NCBI GenBank assembly: GCA_964016885.1
Contig: OZ024750.1
Location: forward strand, 16,430,001-16,494,000
Source: Eledone cirrhosa
Taxonomy: Eukaryota
Reading direction: 5' to 3'
Length of the DNA stretch: 64,000 bases
Shown here: positions 41,954 to 54,954 of the stretch, one piece after another
How positions within the stretch are numbered: the stretch's first letter is position 1
Layout: each line of letters starts with the position of its first letter
The notes under the pieces: model-generated
Databases searched by the model: none
What the model was told of the DNA's origin: nothing
The model's input: only the letters and a program-made list of their open reading frames with translations
Position numbers and translations under genes: made by a program

Positions 41954-42439
41954 GTTTCTACTTTTGGCACAAGGCCAGCAATTACCCAGTGCATTACTGG
42001 TACTTTATTTTATCGACCCCGTAAGGATGAAAGGCAAAGTCAACCTCGGCGGGATTTGAACTCAGATCGTAAAGGGACGTAACTATGCTGGAAAGCATGG
42101 CGTCCGACCCTCTACCGATACTGCCAATCCACCGAACAATAATAATGATAGTAGGTAATAAATATATATGATAGGGTAACGGTGATAATGACAATGTTAG
42201 ATACAGTAATAATGGTTTTTTTTATATAGGCACAAGGCCAGCAATTTGGAGGGGGGGGGGGAGAGGAAAGTCGATTAAATCAACCCCAGTGCGTAACTGG
42301 TACTTTATTTTATCGACCCCGTAAAGATGAAAGGCAAAGTTAACCTTGGCGTGATTTGAACTCAGATCATAAAGGGCCGTAACTCTATGCTGCAAAGCAT
42401 GGCGTCAGACCCTCTACCGATACTGCCAATCCACCACCC
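41954..42439 (-). mobile_element. Two SINE family A copies (41954-42134, 42215-42439)
   Basis: Near full-length family sequence with A/B boxes on - strand. Confidence 0.88.
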
Positions 42440-42529
42440 TCATATGTAACAGTAATAATGACAATATTAGTAACAACAATAATGAAACAATAATGATAGT
42501 AGTAATAAATATATGATATGATAGCATAA

Positions 42530-43209
42530 CCTATATATCTAAAACAGAGAATGTCTGTCTGTCTGACTCCCTAAAACTCGAGAACCACCCAACCGATTTT
42601 TTTCAAACTTTACATATGTAATACTTATGGTCGTGTCAGTGTTTTGAGCAAATTTTCCATGCCCTAGGGACCACATTAGGCGCCGGTTAGCGATCTCTCT
42701 ATAATCCTTAGTCTGTCTTTTTAGATAGATACATAGCTATAATGTCGCGCCCTTATAATATCTGTCTGTATGTCTGGCTGTCTGCATTACTACATTATGA
42801 CACTATCTGCGTGTGTGTGTGTGTTTATATATATATATATTGTGTAACGTTTTTCGAAATATTTACTTCTGCGTTCACAGATTGATTTTTTTAGTTTCAG
42901 AAGATCCCGTTAAGGGTGAAAGCAGCGATTCTTTGCTTAAACTTTAATCTGTTATTTTAATATATATATATATATATATATATAGTAATAATAATAAATT
43001 TGAAGACTAAAACTTTAATCTGTTATTTTAATAAATATATATATATATGTATATATATAATTATATATTCGTGTACAGATATTTTTGCATACACAATAAC
43101 AAAATATAAACAAACGTATTTATTTCACGAGGCTCAATAAGGATAAATATATATCAAATATATAAGAACCCTAGAGCAAATCCCGAGCAACGCTGGGCCA
43201 TTCTGCTAG
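42530..43209 (+). mobile_element. Non-autonomous Helitron
   Basis: 5' cctatatatctaaaa (TC start mutated) with (GTCT)n, 3' hairpin cccgagcaacgctggg and terminal CTAG, between A and T with no TSD. Confidence 0.75.
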
Positions 43210-43306
43210 TGATTTCTAATTTAGGCACGAGGCTAGTAATTTAAGGGAAGGGAAAGTTAATTAAATTGACCCCAGTACTTGAATGGTACTTTTTTGTATC
43301 AACCAT

Positions 43307-43710
43307 TTAACCCTTTAGCATTTACATGACTCTATATTTACTATTGTATTTTCACGGTAAACATTTTACCTCACATAATTATCTCACACAGTATTGAATC
43401 TATGCGATTTTGATATTTATTTTGAGAACAATACAATGTCGGTATGAGCAGCCAGTTCTGGTTGGTTTGAACAGAAAGAGGTAAGAGAATTCTGATCGGA
43501 TATGGCCTGTTCAAATGCTAAAGGGTTAACCCTTTAGCATTTACATTACTCTATATTTACTATTGTACTTTCAAGGTAAAGGTTTTATCTTACATAATTA
43601 TCTCACATAACATCGAATCTATGAGATTTTGGCACTATTTATTTTGAGGACAATACCTTAACATCAGTAAGAGTGGCCAGTTATGGCTGGTTTAAATGGT
43701 AGAGGGTTAA
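43307..43710. mobile_element. Two tandem piggyBac-type MITEs sharing one TTAA
   Basis: AAAGGG TTAA CCCTTT junction with TTAA at 43526-43529. Confidence 0.85.
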
Positions 43711-43779
43711 AGTGGTAGAAGATATTAAGAGGTAAAGAGTTATAGAGATCAACAACAACAAAAAAGACTGTTTACTTAC

Positions 43780-43878
43780 ATCTATATCATTGTTGCTATT
43801 GTGGATCTTGGCAAATGTTATGAGACATTTCCCTTGGAGTAACCGGTCACTGTGTTTTAGTGCTAACCGCATAGCTTC
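43780..43878 (-). CDS. RAPSN: Rapsyn-like exon (99 nt, TPR); most 5' exon found in window
   Basis: tttttctag|GAA GCT ATG...GAT|gtaagt; EAMRLALKHSDRLLQGKCLITFAKIHNSNNDID vs [33 protein letters not shown]. Confidence 0.92.
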
Positions 43879-44107
43879 CTAGAAAAACAAATATACGCAT
43901 ACATGAATATACAAAACTCATAAGGTAAAGACCCAATTCAGTCACAAATTACCATGGGATTTGTACATAGGTTCCCTTCCAAGGCACAAGTCCGGGCAAG
44001 GTTGTTTGTGGAAAACCAGCAGGTACCCATGCATACCAGTCTCCCCTCTCCACACCACAATGTTGTCCAAAGGAGAGGCAATGGCCAATACAGATTGGCA
44101 CTGGTGA

Positions 44108-44162
<55 letters not shown>

Positions 44163-44166
<4 letters not shown>

Positions 44167-44335
44167 ATATTACCCGGCGCCGAAGACGTTTCATCCTCAA
44201 GGACGCATCCTAATTTTGACAACCAAAAATTTGAAAAAAAGATAATAAACAACCTTTGGCCTCCAGGACGCATGATAGATTTTTGAGACTTATTTTAAGA
44301 AAAAAGTAGTTTCTTTGACGCCGGGAATTATGGTG
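44163..44335. mobile_element. pogo/Tigger-like MITE
   Basis: TIRs taccatattacccggcg / cgccgggaattatggtg, inside a TA/TG microsatellite. Confidence 0.6.
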
Positions 44336-44357
44336 TGTGTATATATATATATACACC

Positions 44358-44400
<43 letters not shown>

Positions 44401-44524
44401 AATGAATATATACATATATATGTGTGTGATCTAGATATATGCATATTTATACATATTTATTTAACAGACATCATGCGTGATATTTGACTTTCAAAAATCT
44501 AGGTGACTTTTGGGACACTCTGTA

Positions 44525-44570
<46 letters not shown>

Positions 44571-44611
44571 ATCTTTTCATGTCTGCTTCCCTTGATAACA
44601 TAGCTTCGGCT

Positions 44612-44670
<59 letters not shown>

Positions 44671-44711
44671 ATCTTTTCATGTCTGCTTCCCTTGATAACA
44701 TAGCTTCGGCT

Positions 44712-44786
<75 letters not shown>

Positions 44787-45929
44787 TATATGCATGCATG
44801 CGTACATACATACACACCTACACAATTCTGTACAAATTATGAACACGCACACCCACACAACTGAAAAACAGCAGAAAGAAAAAAAAGAAACCCTAAAAAA
44901 TATAAGCAATCCAATAAATATGTGGTGTTCACCTGAAAACAGTATGGAGGTATGAAATATGTGGAATAACTGGGCTGTTTGTGAGGTTTGGAGAGCTAGA
45001 TAAGTCAGTGGAGCCTGGCTTATTATTAACTTAGACCCCACAAAACACTCCATTTTCAGGATCTCTGGGCATATTGCCAGACCCTGCTTTATAAAGAATG
45101 TTAGCATATGTGTGTGTATATATATACACCCTCACACAAATATATATATATATATATATATGTGTGAGTGTATGTCTGTGTGTGCATGTGCATGCATATA
45201 TCTATATGCATAAATAGTCACATATATTATGTGTGCACACAAACACACACACAAACATATGTGAGCATAGATTAATACACACACACACATATATGTATAT
45301 ATATATATATGTTTGCAAGTATGTAAAAGGTAAACAGAAATAACAACACACACACACGCACACACACACATATATATATATACATATATATATATATATG
45401 CAAATATTTTAGTGTGTGTGTGTAGAAGTGTATATGTGTTCCTGAATGTATGGTATGCAAACTTCGTGCATGAGGTACAAGAGGCATTAAAATAGTACAG
45501 TTGTAGTTATAGTACGTGCATATTTCTACTTGGGTGTATATATGTATGCATATATACATGTTTCTATATATAGATACATGCTACATAATGTATACACATA
45601 CATACATTTGTACAGACATGCAGACACAATGAATAAACATAGAAGTTATTTTAGCTGAGAAATGTGCTGGTGCTATGATAAAGTGCACTATGTAGAAAGG
45701 CAGGCACGTATATAAGGGAAACGTTGGCCCTTCAGCCTGTCTGAAGGGTCTGTAGTTCCATTTAAGGTCTGTAACGACTTGTCCAACCCTTGCTAGCAAG
45801 AAAACCACATGTTAAATGATGTTTTTATATATACATATACATGCATGTATGTGTGTGTGTAGAGAGAGAGAATTGAATTGCATCAATGTTTACCTTAAGT
45901 ATATATACATACATATAATATATATATAT

Positions 45930-46041
45930 ATAGGAAAAGGTATGACCCCGACGGCAGAGCTCAAGCCGTTTCGACAGCTATTTCTGGGAATAGCCGTCGA
46001 AACGGCTTGACCTCCGCCGTCGGGGTCATACTTTTTCCTAT
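45930..46041. repeat. Palindrome with about 52-bp arms containing hammerhead 3' half motifs (Penelope-like origin inferred)
   Basis: GAAACGGC-ttgacctcc-GCCGTC on + and GAAACGGC-ttgagctct-GCCGTC on -. Confidence 0.75.
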
Positions 46042-46166
46042 TACCCACTCTACTACCCTAAGTATTGAGTACTCTGGTGCGTTATGGTCCATCTGATTCC
46101 TTACCACAATTCCTTCGTTATATATATATACTATAGAGTAAAGCATGTCCAGAGAATTATTTGATT

Positions 46167-46679
<513 letters not shown>

Positions 46680-46723
46680 TGGGTTCAATTGGGGGTGGCC
46701 ACATAGCAGAGTATAAATATTTG

Positions 46724-46840
46724 ATATAGAAATGGCTTCTACAGGTCTAGAACTGTTTCATTCGAAGAAAATCATCAGGGCTTTCCTGATGATTTCCTTT
46801 GAATGAAATAGTTCTAGTCCTGTAGAAGCCATTTCCATAT
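46724..46840. repeat. Palindrome with about 55-bp arms containing CTGATGA...GAAA motifs
   Basis: Arms flank a gcttt loop; CCTGATGA-tttcctttgaat-GAAA on +, CCTGATGA-ttttcttcgaat-GAAAC on -. Confidence 0.75.
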
Positions 46841-48333
46841 TATATATATATATATATATGTGTTTGTTCATACATTGTTAGTTCAATGAACTAACTATCT
46901 ACCTACTCCTGACTTCTGATTTTTATTGTTCGATGCACAAACATATTTATGTATATGACTCTCTCGCCTGGACAGATTTTCTTTGAGGATACCTTAAGTG
47001 GAGGTCATCTACCACAGAACTACTGGTCATACAACCAAATCTTGCTGCATCCTTTTAAGGACACATTGAGTTTTAACATTATCAGCCCAACCATAACCAG
47101 GTGGATTACTATATATATATTAGAACATGGGGTTAACCAACCAGGGATATGCAGACCACATTATGGTCAGGCAGTTGTGAAGCAGATAAAAAGAAGCGCT
47201 CAACGACCTGTATAAATGGTACAAGCCAGAGCATTATATATTATTAAAAATCGGAGGCCATAATCAGTTGATTCCGGTTTATTTAAAACTCCATTATACA
47301 TATTTCACTGAGAACTATCAGTTATGATAGCCTCAGCTCTTCAGATGGTAAAACCTATAAAAACTTGAAAATTTCCTTGAGAAAAATGCTTTTTTCTCGA
47401 TAAAGGGGGACGGTCAAATGTGTGGTGTTGTTTCTTCTATAGGGGCTGGCTGTCGAAGAAACAACACAATGTGTTTGGCCATCCTCTGTATCAAGAAAAC
47501 AACATTTTTTTCAAGGAAGTTTTTGGATTCTTTTAAATTTAAATATTATGACATAAGCACTAGGAAAGCCCTTCTTGTCCCAACCACTTTACAGTTCATA
47601 CGGGGGTCCACATTTCTAGTGTTTGTTAGAAAGGAATGTGCAAATATACACATGTTTGAACTCATATACATGTGAGTGAATATTTGGATGTGTGTCTGTA
47701 TATGTGTGTGTGTGAGTGAACATATGTGTGAGAATGTTTTATGTGAACAAGTCAGCTGTACTACAACATATATATTTCCATATCAGCAAATATCTCGCTC
47801 CCTCTCTCCTTCTCTCTCTCCCAGTGCTAACAGATGAATGGCTGATGTTTCACTAACAAACAATATAATTGGTCATTCTCCTAACATAGAATTACTTCCA
47901 TTGGTTAAATACTTCCCTACCTGCAATACTTGCAGCACCTCACAAGTTAACAGCAACTGAACTCAACTGAATTAAATACAATCTCATATGTTTTTCAGCC
48001 GTTTTTATGTTTAATGTTTATTTTCTATAAAACAAGGCCAATTTTTTGCAAAGAATCTAGCATAGTTGATTAAATTTAATCCAGTATATTTAGTGGTAGA
48101 TATTTGTTCATCAACCTGGCATGGCTGTGTGGTTAGCAACCTGGCTCTCGATTCAATTCTACTGCCAACTACATCCACCTGATGTTTATCAAAAGACACG
48201 AGATGATAGGGTTCATGAGTTGTATCTGAATACTTTTTTATTATCAATTCTGACCAAAATTAGCTCTGGTTAATTTTAAAGGATTCCTATTAAATTAAAA
48301 TCTTCCAACATAATTCTATATAAGAACCATACA

Positions 48334-48549
48334 TTAACCCATTAGCATTTAAACCGGCCATATCCAGCCAGAATTCTCTCACCTCTTTCTGTTCAAGCAG
48401 GCCATAACTAGCCTCTCATACTGATGTTAAGATATTGTTCACAAAATAAATAATATCAAAATCTCATAGATTCGATATTATGTGAGATAAAGTCTTTACT
48501 GTGAAAATACAATAGTATATATAGAGTAATGTAAATGCTAAAGGGTTAA
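48334..48549. mobile_element. piggyBac-type MITE copy
   Basis: TTAA CCCATTAGCATTT...AAATGCTAAAGGG TTAA. Confidence 0.88.
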
Positions 48550-48914
48550 GTTACTTAGGAAGAATTATTAATTTTAGTAAATATCTCAACATTTTTCATT
48601 AACCCTTTTTAATAAAAACCTGCACAAAACAGCTTCTAGTTCTATGAAACAAAATCACTCATTTTAAAGGATTCCCTTGTTAAATAAAAAAAAAATCTTC
48701 CTACTTAATTCTGTTAAGTCATTATCTTAGTAATGAAATAATTAATGATTTTAGTATCTGTTAACACGTTTGATACCAACCTAATCAAATAGATTGTATT
48801 TTCTTAAAAATATGGTCACCAAAGGATTTAATTGATGATGATGATGATGATGATAATGGTTTCTGATTTAGGTACAAGGTCAACAATTTTGGGGGAGGGG
48901 AAGGTCAATTAAGA

Positions 48915-49170
48915 TTGTATTTTATGACATCCTTAAACTACTTCTTTGGTTTATGCCATAGTCTTTTTTCTCTGGTCATCTCCACATAAAATAACAGTTT
49001 TGGCAGCCTTACATCTTCCATCTTGACCAGCCCAATGCATCTGGTTCATAATAATCCTCCTCCCAATACTGGTGCCACCTGCTTTCTCAAGTGCAGCAGT
49101 ATCGGGTGTGTAAGGGGACCACATGATGTTCAAGATACAATGTTGATGAAACCTTTCCCACTGCTGATCT
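48915..49170 (-). mobile_element. RTE LINE fragment
   Basis: WERFHQHCILNIMWSPYTPDTAALEKAG..SI..IIMNQMHWAG / KMEDVRLPKLLFYVE..KPKK*FKDVIK. Confidence 0.75.
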
Positions 49171-49187
49171 TTGAAATATATATATAT

Positions 49188-49455
49188 AATTCTCAGACCG
49201 GGTGATGTGTTGTTTCCTTGAGCAAGACACTTTATTTCACATTGCTCCAGTTTACTCAGCTGTAGAAATGAGATGATAGGGACTGGGGTCCATATCATTC
49301 CACTGCAAAGTGGACGTGTAGGCGCCACGGCAAAAAAGCACCCAGCACTCACTGTAAATGAGGTTGGTGTTAGTAAGGGCATCCAGCTGTAGAAATCAAG
49401 CCAGAATCAGTTCTCGTCCCACCCTTGCAAGCAGGGAAAAGCAGATGTAAAATGA
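49188..49455 (+). mobile_element. SINE family B copy, 5' truncated
   Basis: CORE-like segment plus RTE-like tail. Confidence 0.8.
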
Positions 49456-50301
49456 AATGATAATGATGATAGTGTAGGTGATTCAGTGAATTACTGGTGG
49501 TGGTACCAAAACAAACACTCTATGCACAGGTAGAGTGAGTATATTAGAAAGAACGAGGAAGTTTTGTTTACATGTATAAGATTTTTCTTGTGTATTCACC
49601 TGTTATGCGCGTTTCACCAATCTGAAGAGCAGATCGATAATGGAGTCTGGTCCCTAACTCCTATAGGTGACCTTGAACCAAACTCTGCGACAAAAAGTCT
49701 TATACATGTAAACAAAGCTTTCTCGGTTTTTCTAATATATATATATAAAACCCATGCCAAGGATTTGAAGGAGATTTCGCTGCTATTTCTAGCATACAGG
49801 CTTCCATGTTTAGCATTTTCTGTATTTGTTGTTACTATAAGATATTTAGTTAGGTGTCGACCAGTCCTGTTCACTGCTGCCTTTCAGGTGTAATTAGTCA
49901 TAATAATTATAATTAGCTTTTAGTGCTACTACTACTTCTAGTAATATTAATAATAATAGATTACGCTGCCACAAGAACTCCAAATAGAGAAACATTACAT
50001 AACACTATTGTAAATTTCTCTGGTGTTATTGTAAGGTATCTTGTACATTTCTTTACCAGTCTTATTAACAGCATATTCTAACTAATAATAGTTATAATTA
50101 GCTTTTAGTAATGATAATAAACATGTCTATTTGCCATAAGTACAATAAATAAAAAATATAACATTACACTTAGAAAAAATAAGCAAACATCTGTGTGACA
50201 AAAGCACACATGCATGCACACACACACACACGCGCGCACACACACTCATATATATATATATATTATATATGATGGAATTAATCGTCAGCTTCAAATATAC
50301 T

Positions 50302-50354
<53 letters not shown>

Positions 50355-51202
50355 AAACATAAATTATCGAGATTCGCATTTCGGCCCACGAAATAACGAA
50401 AAACAACCTCCGAGATGTGTGGCAAGTGCTCAATGATTCAGAAGAACCAGAGCTATAACAAACGTTAAAGGCCAAACACACTGAGACGATGGTTAAACAA
50501 TCATTCGCATAGACAAAAAAAAACGATCAAGTAATTCGGGTATTGAAAATTTACCCGGACCCCTGGAAGGTTGGTAAAATCCAGTATATGGGTTTCTGCG
50601 GCTCAAAAAAGCACCCAGCAATCACTGTAGATGAGGTTGGGGTTAGGAAGGGCATCCAGCTGTAGAAATCAAGCCAGAATCAGTTCCTGTCCCACCCTTG
50701 CAAGCAGGGAAAAGCGGACATAAAATGATGATGATGATGATGATATATATGTATATATATATATATACATATATCATCATTTTATGTCCATCTTCCATGC
50801 TGGCATGGGTTGGACATGTTGTCAAAGTCTAAAACTAAAAAAAAATTGTATCTTGCTTGGTGGTTCCATATTTGGAATGGTATCTACAGTTGGATGCCTT
50901 CCTAATGCCAACCACATTACAGCATGTACTGGATATATTTTATCGAGACATCAGCACTAGCACTTATCAGAGTGTTGTGATTTTATTGCTGTACCAACAC
51001 TACAATATCTGTCATTTGTTCTGCCACATTGAACAGTCTTCTCTACTCTATTTTGTGAGTATTCAACTGTTAAGTAATATAGAGGGTGTATCAAAAAGAA
51101 TCATCTGACTTTATTTACCAATTTTACAAATGCTCAATACACACATTCATATATATATATAAGGTGTATCAAAAGGGCTATATTTCAAAAGGCTATATAT
51201 TC

Positions 51203-51822
51203 CAACTCTTTAGCATTTACATTATTCTATATTTACTATTGAATTTCCACGGTAAAGGCTTACCCTAACATAATATCTCACTTAATATCAAATTTATGAG
51301 ATTTCGATACTATTTATTTTGAGAACAATACCTTAACATCAGTATGAGTGGCTGGTTATGGCCAGTTTCAACAGAAAGAGGTAAAAAAATTATGGCCAGA
51401 TATGACCGGTTTAAATGACCATATAATCATATGGTAACTTGTACAATACATGTCTGAATATAGATATAACGGAGAGCAATGACTGGTATGCATGGAGAGA
51501 GAGAGAGAGAGAGAGGATAGGGTACTCCTTTGGTCACAAATGACCATGGGATTTTAATCTAGAATGTTCCCTTCTCAGGCACAAGCCCAGGTAAGGTTAT
51601 TTCAACACAACCCTTTAGCATTTAAACAGGCCATTTCTGGCCAGAATGCTCTCACCTCTTTCTGATCAAACCGGCTGTAATCAGCCACTCATACTGATGG
51701 TAAGGTATTGTTCTCAAAATAGATAATATCAAAATCTCATAGATTTGATATTATGTGAGGTAAAGCCTTTTCCATGAAAATATAATAGTATATATAAAGT
51801 AATGTAAATGATAAAGGGGTAA
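51203..51822. mobile_element. Two piggyBac-type MITE copies in opposite orientation (about 51203-51420 and 51608-51822)
   Basis: Family internal sequence and degenerate TIRs. Confidence 0.75.
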
Positions 51823-53384
51823 GTAAATACTCATCTTTTCAATCTCCTTCCATTACATTCAACCCTTTTCTTGTCTTTCTTCCTTTCTTTCATTTCTTAT
51901 ATCTTTGTCTTCACCCCTCCCCCTTCTCCTCTCTTTGTCTCTATCATTTCCTCTCTACCTCTTTTCTTTCTCTTCTCTCTCCATCTCACATACTTTCCAT
52001 TACTGTTTTCTTTCCATTTCTCCCTTTCTCTGTCTTCTTTTCTCTCTAATATTCCTATTCTTTCTTTAACTTTTTGCACTCCCATAATTTCCTCAATCTC
52101 TCCCTAATTTTTCCTTCTTCTAGCCCCTCTGCCCCTCACACACACATACATTCAACAGACAACAAAACAACCACAAAACCCTAAAACAAAACAAAAATCA
52201 AAAAAGGGAGTAATTCTTTATCCCACATGAAGATATATTCCCCACAGAAATTCTTCAGATTACAACCCATCCCCACACCACCATGGCAATCACTACCACC
52301 ACCTCCACCATAATGGCAATTATCACCCCCACCAACAGCAACAACAACAACAACACAAACACCTCACCCTCCAAAAACATGAAATAACAAATAAATATTT
52401 GCAAGGGGGCTGGATGGTGGTGGTGGTGGGTGGGTGTGTGTGTGGGTGTGTGGGTGTGGGGGGGGGGGGGGCAATGAAAAGGGGGAGGCAGGACCACATA
52501 CAATGAGAGCAACAGTTTGGCAGAGGGGAGGGGTACATAGGTAAGGAAGGAGCATAGGTAAGGGGGAAGGCAGAGGTAGAATCATATATATACAATAGGA
52601 AGAAACACCAGTTTCTATAATTATTCAGGTTTAATACCAAATATTTTCTCTTAGTTTTGTCTTTCATTTCTTGTTACTTATTATGAAAGTGGGTGGCTTA
52701 GTGGTTTGGAGTATTCGGCTCATGATTGTAAGGTCGCGAGTTCAACTCCTGGCAGTGTATTTTGTCCTTGAGAAAGGCACTTTATTTCACATTGCTCCCA
52801 TCCATTCGGCTGACAAAAAATATGTACTTTTAATTGAAAGTTTCAGTCATCTCACACACTGTGTTATGCTGCATCTCCCTGAGAACTACGTTAAGTGTGA
52901 TTGCACATGTATGTGTTAATGAGTGTGTGTTTGTCTTAATGAGTGTGTATTTGTGTGTGTTTGTGTCTGTGTATGTTCATGCACACACACACACAGCAGC
53001 AAAGAGTGTGCATGCATGTGTTCTTATTTTTAAAAAAAACTGGAGGATGTGTGTATATGTTATGTATAATGTGATGGTGGTGAGGGTTGGTGAACGATGA
53101 TGCAACAAATTAATTAAAGCACTCAACCACCAGTTCTACTCATTGCTGCGACCCTGGGAGTATTGATAAGATCAACGAGATACTGCTAATCCTATCACCA
53201 CCACTAGTAACAGTTAAAAGCTACAAAACAGCCAAAAGTGACACTGAAAGCCACAAAGTTACGGAACACCAAGAGTGGACACAACAAGAAGAAGATACAT
53301 TGGTAAACAGCCTAACATAAATTATATATAAATCTCTATCTCTTTCTCTTTATATATATATATACATATATATATATCATTTCA

Positions 53385-53702
53385 TTTTACGTCCACTTTT
53401 CCCTGCTTGCAAGGGTGGGACGGGAACTGATTCTGGCTTGATTTCTACAGCTGGATGCCCTTCCTAACCTCATTTACAGTGAGTGCTGGGTGCTTTTTTG
53501 CCATGGCACCTCCATGACCACTTTGCAGTGGAATGATTTGGACCCCAGTCCCTATCATCTCATTTCTACAGCTGAGTAAACTGGAGCAATGTGAAATAAA
53601 GTGTCTTGCTCAAGGAAACAATACATCACCCGATCTGAGAATTGAACTCACAACCTTTTGATTGCAAGGCCAATGCTCTAACCACTAAGCCATGTGCCTC
53701 CA
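53385..53702 (-). mobile_element. SINE family B, full-length copy
   Basis: Reverse complement of the 36806-37160 family sequence. Confidence 0.85.
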
Positions 53703-53806
53703 TACATATATACATATGTCTACATATATACATGTATATATATGTGCCTCCATACATATATATATATATATACTTTATAAATAACAATCAAAGAGTGTTT
53801 AAGAAC

Positions 53807-53865
53807 ATTTAATTACTAACGATCGTTTCATCCAAGCACAAGGCTGACTTCATCAGAGTATAAAT
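53807..53865 (-). ncRNA. Minimal type I hammerhead ribozyme candidate
   Basis: - strand reads attta-TACT-CTGATGA-agtcagccttgtgcttggat-GAAAC-GATC-GTT-AGTA-at-taaat: complete core, stem I TACT/AGTA, palindromic stem III ACGATCGT. Confidence 0.7.
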
Positions 53866-53869
53866 CAAA

Positions 53870-54176
53870 GGCTTTCATCCTTACAGGGTTGATAAAATAA
53901 AGAACCAGTAATGTACTGGGGTTGATTTAATAGACTTCCATTTCAAATTGCTGGCCTTGTGCCTAAAGTAGAAACAATTATTTTTGTTGCTGGTGATTTG
54001 GCAGTATCGGTAGAGCATCAGACACCATGTTTTTCAGCATAGAGTTATGGCCCTTTACGTTCTGAGTTCAAATTCCACCGAGGTTAACTTAGCCTTTCAT
54101 CCTTACAGGGTCGATAAAATAAAGTACCAGTAATGAACTGGGGAAAAATTGCTGGCCTTGTGCCAATGCTAGAAAG
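53870..54176 (+). mobile_element. Two SINE family A copies (one partial)
   Basis: tggcagtatcggtagag..gagttcaaattcc..tttcatccttacagggtcgataaaataaagtaccag. Confidence 0.85.
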
Positions 54177-54604
54177 AATTATTATTTTTGTTGTTGTTGT
54201 TAATGCTGCTGTTATTCCTGCCTACATTAGCAGCATTCCTTTTCCATTGTTGAACCCTAAGGTGTAAGGAATTCTCAAAACGTTTAACATCCAACAGTGT
54301 TTAAGAAATGTAATAAAACATAATAATAATTACAAAAAGTAATAATAAAAACAATAATAACAACAACAACAACAACAACAATGGGAATTTCCTTTGACTA
54401 GGCACCCAGCCAATCCCTCTGTGTGTGTGTGTATGCATGTGTGTATGCATATATGTATGTGTGTGTGTGTATGTTTGTGTGTGTGTGCATGCGTGTGTGT
54501 ATGCATATATATATATGTGTGTGTGTGTATGTGCATGCATGTATGTATGAATATATATGTGTGTGTGTATGTGTGTGTGTGTGCATGCATGCTTGTGTGT
54601 ATGA

Positions 54605-54652
<48 letters not shown>

Positions 54653-54954
54653 ATTTAGAAGTTAGGAAGTCAATGGAATCAACTATCAACTTTGCAAAGA
54701 TTCAAACCCAGAATGTAGAGGTGGGGAGGAGAAAGAGAAGGAACAGTGATAATGAGGAATAGAGGGAGGTGGTGATGGTTGATGATGAGGATGTGGGGGA
54801 AGGTGGTGGTGATGATGAAGAGGGGGAGGCATGGATGATTTAAACAGAGTGAAATATACCAATTTATCACCCTTTCAGCATCCTCATAATCATTATTGTC
54901 ATCATCATCATCATCATTGTTGTTCTAGAACTATCATTATAGTTGGTTTCACAG

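Noticed and set aside
44563-44724. Two copies of a ~45-bp unique segment 100 bp apart
   Set aside because: Simple microsatellite-mediated local duplication
53120-53320. Open frame ending HQEWTQQEEDTLVNSLT
   Set aside because: No start or acceptor; at best a decayed retroelement N-terminal fragment
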